From contig CATNEN010000025.1 in NCBI GenBank assembly GCA_950097015.1, positions 6,076,001-6,140,000 of the forward strand: a stretch of DNA of 64,000 bases, written 5' to 3'. This document shows positions 27,035 to 40,300 of the stretch, piece after piece. Numbering within the stretch: position 1 is the first letter of the stretch; every line of letters starts with the position of its first letter. Origin of the DNA: Macrostomum hystrix (taxonomy: Eukaryota > Animalia > Platyhelminthes). A model generated the notes under the pieces. The model ran no database searches, was not told the origin of the DNA, and saw only the letters and a list, made by a program, of their open reading frames with translations. The translations under genes were made by a program, and so were the position numbers.

Positions 27035-28433
27035 ATGGCATATAACGACAGCCAAAGTGAGACTACACAGCTGCGCAAACTATTTGTTGGCGGCCTATCT
27101 GCCAACATAAGCGATGCTGAGCTGCGAGAGCACTTTAGCAAATACGGTGAACTAGCCGATGTTGTGGTGATGAAAGACCGCGGCACTGGCCGGCCACGCG
27201 GCTTCGGCTTTGTCACCTATTCAGACGAGTCCGGCGTTGACGCTGCTCAGGCTGCCAGGCCGCACATTCTGGACGGTCGCGAAGTGGAAACAAAGCGTGC
27301 TATGCCTCGTACCGAAGCACCTCGAGATGTTAATAACACTCGCGCCGACAAAATGTTTCTCGGTGGCCTAGGCCCAGAGACAACCGAGGAGCATCTGCGC
27401 GAATACTTCAGCCAATTTGGCGAGGTGCAATCTGTTGAAATTGTCATCACTAGGGAAACTGGGAAGCCACGTGGCTTTGGCTTTGTCACTTACCGCGATC
27501 CCGACTCCGTAGACAAGGCCATTCTGCACAAACCGCATACCATCACTGGCAGCCAGCGGGTTGATTGCAAGAAAGCCGTTTCTCGCGAACAGATGGCCAT
27601 TATTCGGTCCAGGAATCAGGGTTCTAGTGGCTATGGAGGCGGCTACGGCGGTAGCTACGGAGGCGGCTATGGCGGCGGCGGATATGGTTATGGAGATGGC
27701 TATGGCAACGGCGGCGGCTACGATGGCTATGGTGGCTATCATCAAAATGGCGATGGCTTTGGCTCCTACGGTGGCCAAGGCTACGGCGGCGGACCTTCAA
27801 AGCCGGGTGGCGGCTTTGGCGGCGGTCCGCAGCGATTTCAACCATATGGCGGCGGCCCCGTTGGCGGCCCCGGACGTGGCGGCTATCCCAGTGGTGTTTA
27901 CCGCGGCGGCAGAGGTAATTCCTTTGCTTTATCGGTGTTGCGGGGTTGTGGCATTTTCTATGTTTCCACAATCTTATATCAATCAAAAGAGATACCGGGG
28001 ACTCTTAGATTGGAATTCAGTTGTTGGTTGCGAAAGCCCAACTGATATTTGTTGAATAGAATGAGAGTGGCTTTTTATAGAATCCTGTGTCAGGTGTCTG
28101 AGTAATCCTACAGGCTATTTGGGGAATCCTAAAGCGGTTATTTATAGAATCCTGTGGGGTTTTTTAGAATCTAGGGAATCCTGAAGAGCCACGACATTAT
28201 CGTAGTTGAGTATCTAAATGAAATCCTCAGGGTCTTGAGTCAAGGGGGACTTTTAATGGGGTAGCTGTGGGATCTTTCGAGTGTAATGTCAAACGGGAAA
28301 TTTTTATTGAAATTTTAAGGAAAATCTTAAATGTATATTGTGACTGGCCTTGATAAAATCATTATTTCATCGTCGAAGGAACGTTAGTAAATGTGTCCTG
28401 TTGTAAATTTCAGGTGGCCGTGACGGATACTAA
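27035..28433 (+). CDS. hnRNP A/B family RNA-binding protein (hnRNP A1/A2-B1/A3, Hrb87F/Hrb98DE-like), 299 aa
   Basis: Exons are 27035-27914 (AGAG|GTAATT) and 28414-28433 (TTTCAG|, ending ...RGGRGGRDGY*). Two RRMs are present (LRKLFVGGLS/RPRGFGFVTY and KMFLGGLG/KPRGFGFVTY), followed by a G/Y-rich low-complexity tail with RGG. An acceptor TTACAG| lies 5 nt before the ATG. Confidence 0.93.
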
Positions 28434-30164
28434 GAAAGTCTCATCTGCCCTGGCAGCAGATTTTACATTGGCATCAATTAATTATATTCTATTTCAATCG
28501 GCTCTTATCTTGCAGTCGCAGTAAATTTCTTAAAAACCCCATTTGCCCAGGCTAGCCGCATACTATGTTGTGTGTAAAATAACTCGTAGCAGTGTTCTCC
28601 TTTGTTACTGTCTGTCTATTTGCGAACTTCATCTACATGTTCTCTTTTAAACTGCTTGCATGTCTACAACAACTGTCAAAGTGAGTGCTGCCGTTCGCTG
28701 CTCACTTTTGTTTGTTGCGCAGCAATTATTAATTAGTTTTTTCTGTTACACGTTTCACTACCCAGCAAGTAAATAATCATTAGTTTATATAATGTTATAT
28801 AGATTAGGCTGGAAAACTACATAAGGTCGAGTTCCAAATCATTCACCCGCATTAAAGACTGAAATTTCGCAGCACTAAAAAAACAATTTAGACCGCAAAG
28901 CTCTATAAAGTATGACTTCATTTCGGTCTATTGTAAAATTTCAGTCTTACGATGCGACCCTACAACAACAACACATTTATCTTAAGCCATTACAAGCATT
29001 AACCCATGTTTTGTTGTTGTTTTGCTGGCTAACTTATTAGCGAATATGTTATTTCTACTTTGTCAATTATGGAAGCACGGGTCGACCCTCAGTCCCTATA
29101 CTTTTGCGAATTAATCCTAAATCCTAAACTATCTTGATTTTGAAATCCCAATGTTACATAAGTTTATTGTCGGCCTCACTTTGTTTTTCACCGCATTAAT
29201 TCGTTTAATTAATTAAATGGAAGCAATTAGATTATGCCCTCCAGTTCAGTTCTTCTGCATTTCCCCACCCGCACGTTGAAACAACAACTTTGGTTTAACA
29301 AGTGTAGTCACATGTTTTGATTGAGCGCGTTTGTCCAGCTTTTATCCTAACCGCGTTTCGTTTATATCTACCTTTTTTACTAGGAATTTCGGGATTTTAG
29401 TAGTGCTTTTCTGCGCGCTGTTAGACATGCTTGAAAGTTGAGCAAAATTGCGCATAATTCGGTGAAAGACGTCTGTTACTACTGAATTGTGAGTATAAAT
29501 AAACTGAATTGATGGGCTATACGCACGCATCATGAATGAACTTAAATCTGCTACCGATATCTATTTATATCGATCTTGTATGTCTCGTAATTGGCACTAC
29601 AACAGACTGGCAGTTTATTGAACGTTAACGGAGTCCCTTAGTCTTCTCGTACTGGGTGTTGCGAAAGTAACAACTTTTTATTCGAGCTGTAGGCTAACAA
29701 TAAATCAATGGCCTGCTCAAGCTATAGTCTTAAAATGTTTATTTTAGCATTTTTGATTTAGCCCACGTTAACAGTGTATGTTAACAGTAGAACTACCTAG
29801 GAGGGATTCCCCCCAGACAATAGTGCTGCACCTACAAATACTATAATAAGTGTTTTATTATCTGTGGCTGCACCCGAACAAAACAACGCAAGTACACGAA
29901 ACTCAAGAACACGGGCCAACTTTTTGTTGCGCATCTTATAAAAAAGATCAAGTCGCCTGCTCTTCAGACCGTCGATATATTCGGATTTTCCCCATAAGCA
30001 CTAGTGTATTTCATAAACCTTATGAAATTCATACATTTACACAAATTAGCACTGCGCCAGACATTTGCTCGGACATGAGTATGAGGCTTAATCGGTGCGT
30101 GAAAAAAACTCGGAACCAAACTAACGGCCCAGCAGGATAGGTAAACAGTAGAGCCTAAAGTGTT

Positions 30165-33100
30165 TCATTTACTTGATGACAGGCTGTTCATAAAATTTCC
30201 GACATCCATGCCTTTTAAATCACTGAGCACGCGCCGTTTGAGCTCTTCCTTAGGCTTTTTAGAAGCTGAGCTGCCAGTTCTAGATTTGAGCGCAGCGGCG
30301 CTGGCAGCAATCACTTTAATCTGCTGGTGCACAGACAAGTGCCGATTTAGTCGGTGCTTTTGCGAGAACGAATGGCCACAGTAGTGGCAGACGAAGCCCA
30401 ATTTTTGCGTCTTTTTCACTAACGTCACTCGCTTGCGACTTGTCGAATCCGATTCACCAACGTCGTCAGGCGACGCTTTTGACGATGGCGACGGAGAACT
30501 GTCGTTGCTGGTTGAACCGACCGTCGTATATTGAGTTGTCGGCGTCGACGCTGTTGTTGAATCCACTGAGTTGGACTTACGCCGCTGTCGAGTATGAGAC
30601 GAAGGCGTCGCCGACGGCATCGGCAGGCGGTGACAGCGGCGCGCAGTCCGACCAGAGTAAGTATCCAGAATACAAGCTTCTGGAGATGTAGGCCGCGGCG
30701 GTGGCGGAGAAGGCGGCAACGCAGGAGGCGGCTGCGGCGCTGATGTTTCCGGAGTCTCACCCTCTGAGCAGCAGCTCTCGTCGAGATCGCAGCTAGTGGT
30801 CATATAGCTGGGGTTGCTGCTCAATCGTTGTTGCAGCTGTTGCTGCTGCTGTTGCTGCTCATGCTGTTGCTGCTGCTTCTCAAGTTGTAGCAGCAGCTGC
30901 TGCTGCTGCTCATGCTGCTGCTGTTGCTGTTCATGCTGCTGCTGCTCATGCCGCTGTAGCTGCTGCTGTTGCTGCTCAAACCATTGCTGTTGCTGTTGCT
31001 TTTTCTCGGTCTGTATGATTAGCGAAGATAAAAAGATGAACTTGATTTTCTAAGTAGTGCACTATGAGTTTACAATGGAATCCCACCAAATCCTCATGAT
31101 GGCCCCTAGTACAAATTGAACTCACCATAGTATCAACGAAACGCATATTGCTGCTATTATTACTAGTAAGCCGTGCAGCTGCGGCAGCCGAGGCTACAAT
31201 GTGCGCCGGCAGTGGCTTTTGGTGTCGTGATTGCTGTGGCTGCTGTTGTAGCGGATTAGCATGCAGAGACGGCAGACAAGTTCTCCAAGTGTCGATAGTC
31301 TGAGCAGTGCTCTGCTGGTTGCCACTATCCAATGTAGTAGGCTCGGCTAATGCGCTCAGAGTTGATGAAGCAGCTGAGGTAACTGCAGCAGAACTAACAA
31401 CCGGTAGCTCATTGTTCTGCTTTTTAGGCGTCTGAAACGGACTGCTAGTTAGTTCAGTCAGAATGGACTCGATATGCTCCGAGTCGCACACTATGTTGGC
31501 CTCTTCAATTTCGCTATCGTTCAGGGAACGATCGCGCTGACAAGCCAATGAAGCGAGCGCCTGACTGGACAGGCCCGGAGCTGGGGTAGACACGGGGGCA
31601 GCAGTCTGGATCAGAAGATCTGGCGCCGTCGACTCGGGTGGTAGAATAGCATCGAATAGTCGATCATCGTCTAGGAAGGTGGACAGAAAGATATCCGCCA
31701 GTTCGTCTCGCTGCTCCGTTTGATCCTGCGAAATGCGAAGCGGAAACTGTATTCTTGATGAAGTACCACGGGCAGTTCCCGACTGCTGTGAAGCACTAGG
31801 GCCTAGAGGCAGTTCTGAACCCATTGAAGCTCTAGGGGCAGTTCTGAGCCCATTGAAGCTCTAGGGGCAGTTCTGAGCCCATTGAAGCTCTAGGGGCAGT
31901 TCTGAGCCCACTGAAGCTCTAGGGGCAGTTCTGAGCCCATTGAAGCTCTAGGGGCAGTTCTGAGCCCATTGAAGCTCTAGGGGCAGTTTTGAGCCCATTG
32001 AAGCACTAGGGGCAGTTCTGAACCCACTGAAGCTCTAGGGGCAGTTCTGAACCCACTTAAGCACCAGGGCAGTTCTGAGGCAGAAATAAAGTTATGGACA
32101 CATAAGGATGGTTGCAGCCACTTAAAATTTATAAAAAAAGCTAGGATGACAAGTTCACGCTTGCAAAAATTTAAATACGAAAATTCATTTGAGAATACTG
32201 GCTTACACTATCGAGTAGCTGCTTAAGCTTCTCAATGTCCGTGTCCAGTTTTTTACTCATCACAGCCTGCTCCCACGAATTAGCAAACTTGTCAGGCGAA
32301 GATATTATGCGGTCGATGAGTTTCTGTAATTTCAATTGTGTAGTAAAAACTTGTGAAAAAATCATCAGCAAAAATATCTTCAGGCCGCTACTGTCAGTAG
32401 GACAGTGGTATTTTGCGGTTTTTTAATTAAGAAAAAAATCAGCAAAAACAATTGCCGAATCTTTACCCGCTGCTGCACATGAACTGGATTATTAAGAATC
32501 GGATTTGTCGCTGGTACAATCTTTCTTGGTTGACTGAAACAGTAACGAAGTAAGAATAGGCATGTTAGCATACAGATCGGATTATTGTGAGTCTTATCAT
32601 AAATAATAATAATAATATAAAAGGGCAGGTTCCAGCCCAGTGGTTAGAGCTTCTGCTTCAGTAATGCATCACGCGAGCTAGCATTAAAATGGGTACCAGC
32701 ATCAAGCTGGGGCAGAAATTTGGGTGGGTGCGTTGGCCCTTTCAGTCCATGGACTGAACTGCAGCTGTACGCAGCCGTTATCTGCGCCGCAGCAACGGCT
32801 GTAAGATCTGGCCCAACACGAATTTCATACTAAGAGAATCTCACCTTTTCTTTTTATGAGTGGTTGAAGCCTGCAAAGCGTTGCGAGCTTCATTGGTCTC
32901 AGCATCAGCTGGTTCAGAGTGAGGCTGCTGCTGCTGCTGTTGCTGATCGGCCACTGCCGGGACAGCTGGCGCGGGCACATTGTCTGCCGACGTGCCCGAT
33001 TCGATGCTAGAAGATGGGCGAGCATTTAAGACGATCTGAGCCTGTTCGCCACTGTCACCGTTCGCAATGGAGCCGCTGGGATTTGGTAAAAACAGCACAG

Positions 33101-35899
33101 GCTGACGCGAAAGATCAATGCTGTTGGGTTGTTGCTGTTGAAAATTGAAAGACAACGGCGGCTGATGCAGCTGGGCTGAAGATAATTGTAGTGCAACAGT
33201 TGCAACACTGCTGAACAGATCAGCTGCCTGAGTAACTGGCTGCTGCTGCTGCTGATACCGCTGTGTGTGCAAAGCCTGAATCTGCTCGCGAGCCAGCGAT
33301 AAACGACTCTGAACGCTGCGTTTAACTAATTTCCTAGGGCGACGCCGTTCAACAAAAAAGTCGGTGAGTATGTCCAATAGAGACATGCCCTCACAGGTGG
33401 TGGTCGGACAGACTAGGCCCCTCTGTTTCAGCGTGGCATATTCTACTAGGAATGGCGAATCTTGCAGCAGCGATTCTGAGGCTCTGTTGTACTTGGAGTC
33501 AATCAGGTAGCCTAATTAAGCATAAATAACATTGGTTTAGGCATAATTGACAGATCTTGTATTTCCAAGCATTACCCTTTTTTAAAAAAACAAGGCTAAA
33601 ATTGCCACAATTATACCTTTTGCAGATAAAACAATACCAATTTTCTAATTACCTAAGCATTTTTGATGCCCATTAAAAACATTGGGACATTATAATTAGC
33701 AATTTAGCATAGAACTAATAGCTAAATTGCTAGTCATTTTGATGTTAAGACTTTTAATGAACAGACATTCTGGTGATATGTCAAGTAATTCTAATGATAT
33801 AGTCATTGGCCTAGTAGTAATTTCGGTGATATGCAAGGTTGTTTTTGCACCAAAAAGCAAATTTAAAAATGTCAATTTATCATTAAAAATTCTTTACTTG
33901 ACTAATTAAGGAGAAGAAAAATCAGAGTAGAAGAAAAAAAGAAAAATAAGAAACAGAGAGAAAAATCAGAGAGTAGAAAAAAGAAGAGATAGGAAAAAAC
34001 ATTGTAAAAAAGAAAGAGAAGAAAATCAGCATAGAGTAAGTAGAAAAGAAAGAAAAAACCTGTGAAAACTGTGAAAATCAGACAAAGAGAAGTAATAAAA
34101 TGTAAGTTGTAATTAAACCCCATAAAATGAATTAAAATTTAAATAAAATTAAAAAATTAATTTAATTAATTAAACCCCTAAAAACTCTGACTTTGTTTTC
34201 TTACATCTGCACCTTAATTTCCCTCTTCTGCAACTTCATTTCCCCTTTACTTTGTTTTTGCTAATCTACTACTTAGATTTCTTTCAACTGTGACTTTGTT
34301 TTTGCTTATCTGCAACTTATTATCTGCCTAGAGTAAATGTTGCTTATGTATTATACCCTACTGGAATAAGTTGACAAATTGCGTCTGACATCCCTGTCAC
34401 ATTTTCTGACTTTTATGGTGTCACGTCAGGTTGCAGTGATGCAACTGCATTGACGCCATTGAGACAGTGTTGTAAAGCGAGAAGGTGCAATGTGGCAAGC
34501 CAAGCCATGACGCAAGGCACAATAAGCTGTGTCGCGGCACAGCAATATGTCATGTCACATTGCAGTTCCAAGCCATATTTTTTACACCTGTGTTGCACAT
34601 GTGCAGGTTTTTGACACTTATTCCAATAGGATATTTAACGTTTCAGAATAGAAACTTTATAGCAATAAAGTCTCATAGTAAGACTATTCACTCTTTTAAG
34701 TTAAAAATGTGTTAAAGAAAGGCTTTTAGAAATCTAGCAAGGCTAGGCCCTAAGGCCATCTCACTTTAAGGGCATTCTTTTCAAATCATCAGCTGCTAAA
34801 CATTCCAATAGGATATTTAACGTTTCAGAATAGAAACTTTATAGCAATAAAGTCTCATAGTAAGGCTATTCACTCTTTTAAGTTAAAAATGTGTTAAAGA
34901 AAGGCTTTTAGAAATCTAGCAAGGCTAGGCCCTAAGGCCATCTCACTTTAAGGGCATTCTTTTCAAATCATCAGCTGCTAAACAGTTTTTCTGAAGTTTC
35001 CTTTCAAATTGATGAATTGATTTGGAATTTAGTTTGCTAACTAAGGTTGCTTTTTGGACTTAATGAACTGGGGCTGCTTTTGACCTACAGAATGTGTCTG
35101 TTGCAAATGAGCATGAGCTGGTTAGTGGGAAGCATAGGCCTACATGCGCAACACCCAGCTGACCCGGCCGAATTGGCCGGGTGAAACGAGGGCCAAGCAA
35201 GGTAAGTCGCATAAACCAATCAACCAAGAGCAAAAAAATCAAAGGGGGACCAAAGGACAAAAAAGGAAGGCGTGAAGAAAAGAAAAAAGGGAGAGAAAAA
35301 GAGAACAATGAGAGCAAACTAAGTCGTAAATAGGCATAGAGCAAAAACTAAGTCGCACAGCCAGCTAAGATTTGGGAGTTTGCGCATGTATGGTGGGAAG
35401 GGAAGTATTAGTATATCTTCTGCACTCTGCTAACATGCTCTACTAATTTTCTACTGTTAACACCACATTTGACACCCATCATAGGCCCTATCATTGTTTC
35501 CCATTATTTCAAAATGATTTCCCAATGTTTTTGCATCAATTTGAAATAAAACAGAAAAACTGTTTAACGAACGATTCGAAAAGAATGGCGAATGCCAACT
35601 TTTAGTGATGTTGCAGAGTGCAGACCCTACTACAATATAGCAGGTCAATCGACTATATGGACTTTTTGCATTACACAATAAATAGTGTAAAGATCACAGA
35701 AATGGTTACAGTTACATAGTTTTTTATTTTTCATTTTTTAATACTTATCCGTTCCATAATAATAGAATACAGAGATAGCATATGACAGATTTTTATTACA
35801 AAATTAAGAATGAAACGTCTTAGGTTAAAATTAATTACCTAAAATTAGTCTATCGATATCTGACGGAAGAAAGGGAACTTCGATTACAGAAGACATCAT
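30165..35899 (-). CDS. NPAT: NPAT/Mxc-like histone locus body scaffold (~805 aa) with a C2H2 zinc finger
   Basis: Exons are 35899-35839, 33511-32845, 32533-32467, 32323-32207, ~31785-31126 (acceptor uncertain) and 31010-30165, with compatible phases. The spliced N-terminus FLPSDIDRLILG|YLIDSKYNRASESLLQDSPFLVEY..MSLLDILTDF matches the NPAT LisH start (LLPSDVARLVLGYL). The C-terminus GMDVGNFMNSL matches the NPAT end (GMDVDKFLLSL). Both matches are by recall. Confidence 0.75.
31790..32078. repeat. 29-bp minisatellite (CTAGGGGCAGTTCTGAGCCCATTGAAGCT)n, about 9-10 copies
   Basis: Direct array at the 3' end of NPAT-like intron 4, grading into exon 5. Confidence 0.95.
32622..32818 (+). mobile_element. 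tRNA-derived SINE, family 1 (head partly deleted)
   Basis: Contains AGCCCAGTGGTTAGAGC (A box), AAATGGGTACCAGCAT, CAGTCCATGGACTGAAC and ATCTGGCCCAA, all shared with the other copies. Confidence 0.72.
34620..34983. repeat. Near-perfect 182-bp direct tandem duplication
   Basis: 34620-34801 matches 34802-34983. One substitution was seen (AAGACT vs AAGGCT). Confidence 0.93.
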
Positions 35900-37393
35900 G
35901 GGTAATTTTCTCTGATTTTCAGTTAATAATTGTCAGTTTTTTTTCGATTAGAATATTGTACTGTACATTTTCCTGCGATAGTTACTATACGATAGTTACT
36001 AACTTACTGCGATAAGTTACTATAAGTAAAAAAGGCTAGAAACGGATTTGAAAAACAGTGTTTGTTAAAACAAAAACGCTACATCTTTGCTTTAATTAAA
36101 CAATAAAAGTGTCATTAAAAAATGAAATATTGTATATTTAAAATGTAGAGCTTCTTTTCGTACGTAAATGTAAATATTAAATGAAAGCCTCTAAACTTTT
36201 GAAAATGTTACTCGTTATTTACACAGGACCCTATAGAAATTTTCACAATCTTTACACGGTTTTCGCAAACCATGAAATTTCGCACGAAATTGTGAATATT
36301 ATAATTCTGTAAGTTAGTGCAAGTTTGTTAATTAACAACAAACTTTATAAAACTTTATAAACTTTACTTGTAACGTCTTAAGGCCTTAATGGCTTAACCA
36401 GTGTGCTTAGCGTTAGTATTTCATCTAAGCAGCTTAAAATAAATTTATTATAATCAACACGTCGACCTCACTAGTAGAACCCAAAAGGCTTAATAGTTGC
36501 AGCAGCTAGTTGACGCGTAGACGCGTAGAGATCTAGTGACGTGACGATGATTGAATAACCTTTATGCTGATGATACTAACAAAACATTATTTATTATACA
36601 CTTTAACACAGCTCTGCGCAAATAATGCGAAAATGTTTACATGAGCCCTTGCAAATAACGAGTACCTTTGAAAATATCAATTGCATGTCATCATAGCTTG
36701 CAGGTTATTTATTTTAAATGACTATGTAGCACTATAGAATATTGTAAATTATTGTGCATTCATCATTCTACTTTCTTTACACAATTAAAAAATATCCATT
36801 CCTATTCTATTATAATTCGCACATTGTAGAAGCGTGATGAAGTTCTCGTAAATGGAAAAAGCCAAATATCAACCATCTCCGATTAATGTCTAATCAGAAC
36901 GACTTAATATGGATCTTGCGGTACTGCTGGCTATAATGAGTTCAATATACAATTTACTTATAATTGTTTACGGCGACTAATAACACAACTGGATTTCTCG
37001 ACACGATCAGAGGCACGTTCATAAATCCAAATCCCCACGTCCCTGGTGGGAAGTTCACTGATTAAATTAAAATAAATAAAAAAACAAAGAAGATTATTGC
37101 ATTGTACGTATTGAACTTTTGGAATCGGTTTGTTAAGTACATAATCTCGCATGTAATTGTGATGCAGAAGTACGTATAGGCAAGTATACACGCAAGCTAC
37201 AATATTTTCAGAAGTTCAATTTCATTTTAGGAAACTTCAATACGAAATCAAAGGAAGAGATCAGCCTCTTAATCTCTGCGGAGCGGTAAAAATGAGAAAA
37301 AAACTATCGAAGTCAAAGTCCTTCGCTTTGACTAGCCGATTGTTTTTCAAAAGTTGATAATCTTTCTGAGGCAGCCGGGATCAGGAGCGGAAA

Positions 37394-40300
37394 TCAGCGC
37401 AGAGACTCGCACACGTCGGCAATGCACTCGGCCATGCGGCCAAGAAGGCAGTAGGTGTTGGCATAGATGCCGTCTGTGCACCTTCGCTCGGCTAGCAGCT
37501 CCGGTGTGAGCAGCTCGGACTCTTCGGCTTCCTCTTCGATGGCTTGTTCGACGGCTGCTGCCTGCTGGTCGACTCCGGTCGCACCGCGGCCGCCGTCCAC
37601 AGAGGCCTTCCGGGCGCCGCCACTGCTGACGCCGCCGGAGCTCATGCGTTTCGGCGACTTTGTGCGCTCCTTGGTCAGCTGGATCTGCCGGATTTTTTTC
37701 GGTCAAGTGTTCAGGGTCGCCAGGTCAAGTGTTCAGGGTTGCCAGGTCATGTTTTCAGGGTTGCCAGGTCATGTGCTCATAGTTGCTGGATCATTGAGTC
37801 AGAATTTTCAGTTCACTGATGTGGGCTTCGGCTGGTCATGGGTTCAGGATCTCACAGGTCATGGGTTCAGGATCTCACAGGTCATTGGTTCAGGATCTCA
37901 CAGGTCATTGGTTCAGGATCTCACAGGTCATTGGTTCAGGATCTCACAGGTCATGGGTTCAGGATCTCACAGGTCATGGGTTCAGGATCTCACAGGTCAT
38001 TGGTTCAGGATCTCACAGGTCATGGGTTCAGGATCTCACAGGTCATTGGTTCAGGATCTCACAGGTCATTGGTTCAGGATCTCACACGCAAAAGAAATGG
38101 GAATTTACCAGATGACCACCCCTTACCGATCCGCGAGTCTGCTCAGTTTTGAGACTAGTCGGCTTGCCGCTCTCCTTAGACACCGTGGACTTCTGCTTGT
38201 CAGCCTTTGTCCGTTTAGTGGTGCCCGCTGTGAAATTAGCGCGATGGACGTGCAATATTTGGATAGAACTGTACGAATAATATAATCAACTGATATAATT
38301 GACCTATGCGGTGAAAATGAACATACTGTTCACTCGTACTATAGATTGCAATGGCTATTGTTACTTTTTGAGATTAGTCTGACACGGCATTAGACGTAGT
38401 TTTTAAAAAAGCTACAATTTTTAGGCGGAAAAGCTCAATCGGGTGTTAGACATACTAGCTTCCTTTTAATTGGACTGCTCTGTCTATCGATTCTTCGTTT
38501 GTTGGTCTCACCTAACTTTAATGGCCCTCACCCAGACTGCCTTTTTGATTGGCCGTCACCCAGACTGCCTTTTTGATTAGCCCTCACCCAGACTGCCCTT
38601 TTTATTGGCCGTCACCCAGACTGCCCTTTGATTAGCCCTCACCCAGACTGCCTTTTGATTGGCCGTCACCCAGACTGCCTTTTTGATTGGCCCTCACCCA
38701 GACTGCCCTTTGATTAGCCCTCACCCAGACTGCCTTTTGATTAGCCCTCACCCAGACTGCCTTTTGATTAGCCCTCACCCAGACTGCCTTTTTGATTGGC
38801 CCTCACCCAGACTGCCCTTTGATTAGCCCTCACCCAGACTGCCTTTTGATTGGCCTTCACCCAGACTGCCCTTTGATTAGCCCTCACCCAGACTGCCTTT
38901 TGATTAGCCCTCACCCAGACTGCCTTTTGATTAGCCCTCACCCAGACTGCCTTTTGATTAGCCCTCACCCAGACTGCCTTTTGATTGGCCCTCACCCAGA
39001 CTGCCTTTTGATTAGCCCTCACCCAGACTGCCTTTTGATTGGCCCTCACCCAGACTGCCTTTTGATTGGCCTTCACCCAGACTGCCCTTTGATTAGCCCT
39101 CACCCAGACTGCCTTTTTATTGGCCCTCACCCAGACTGCCTTTTGATTAGCCCTCACCCAGACTGCCTTTTGATTGGCCCTCGCCCAGACTACATTTTTA
39201 TTGGCCCTCACCCAGACTGCCTTTTTGATTAGCCCTCACCCAGACTGCCTTTTTGATTGGCCGTCACCCAGACTGCCTTTTTGATTAGCCCTCACCCAGA
39301 CTGCCCTTTTTATTGGCCGTCACCCAGACTGCCCTTTGATTAGCCCTCACCCAGACTGCCTTTTGATTGGCCGTCACCCAGACTGCCTTTTTGATTGGCC
39401 CTCACCCAGACTGCCCTTTGATTAGCCCTCACCCAGACTGCCTTTTTGATTAGCCCTCGCCCAGACTGCCTTTTGATTAGCCCTCACCCAGACTGCCTTT
39501 TGATTGGCCCTCACCCAGACTGCCTTTTTGATTAGCCCTCACCCAGACTGCCCTTTGATTGGCCCTCACCCAGACTGCCTTTTGATTAGCCCTCACCCAG
39601 ACTGCCTTTTGATTGGCCCTCACCCAGACTGCCTTTTGATTGGCCCTCACCCAGACTGCCTTTTGATTGGCCCTCACCCAGACTGCCTTTTGATTAGCCC
39701 TCACCCAGACTGCCTTTTTGATTAGCCCTCGCCCAGACTGCCTTTTGATTGGCCCTCACCCAGACTGCCTTTTTGATTAGCCCTCACCCAGACTGCCTTT
39801 TTGATTAGCCCTCACCCAGACTGCCCTTTGATTGGCCCTCACCCAGACTGCCTTTTGATTAGCCCTCACCCAGACTGCCTTTTGATTGGCCCTCACCCAG
39901 ACTGCCTTTTGATTGGCCCTCACCCAGACTGCCTTTTGATTGGCCCTCACCCAGACTGCCTTTTGATTGGCCCTCACCCAGACTGCCTTTTGATTAGCCC
40001 TCACCCAGACTGCCTTTTGATTGGCCCTCACCCAGACTGCCTTTTGATTACCCTCCACCCAGACTGCCTTTTGATTGGCCCTCACCCAGACTGCCTTTTG
40101 ATTGGCCCTCACCCAGACTGCCTTTTGATTGACCATTTTTAAGACTACTTTTGCAGCTGCGAAATGCGCCTGGCTACTGAAAGTAGTTAAACTGTATTTG
40201 CTTTATTGGTGTTAAGAAAACTGCTAGCTGCGTGCTGCTGATACCTTTGCCATCCCGAGCTGCGGTGCCTGTTAAATGATGCTTATTTGTCTTTTTTTAA

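Noticed and set aside
30814-31053. Cys-rich plus-strand ORF resembling metallothionein or keratin-associated proteins
   Set aside because: It is the antisense reading of the CAG/CAA poly-Gln tract of the NPAT-like exon.
38522-40142. CRISPR-like regular repeats (also the 25-, 29- and 30-bp arrays)
   Set aside because: The units are head-to-tail with no unique spacers, there are no cas genes, and the context is a eukaryotic intron.
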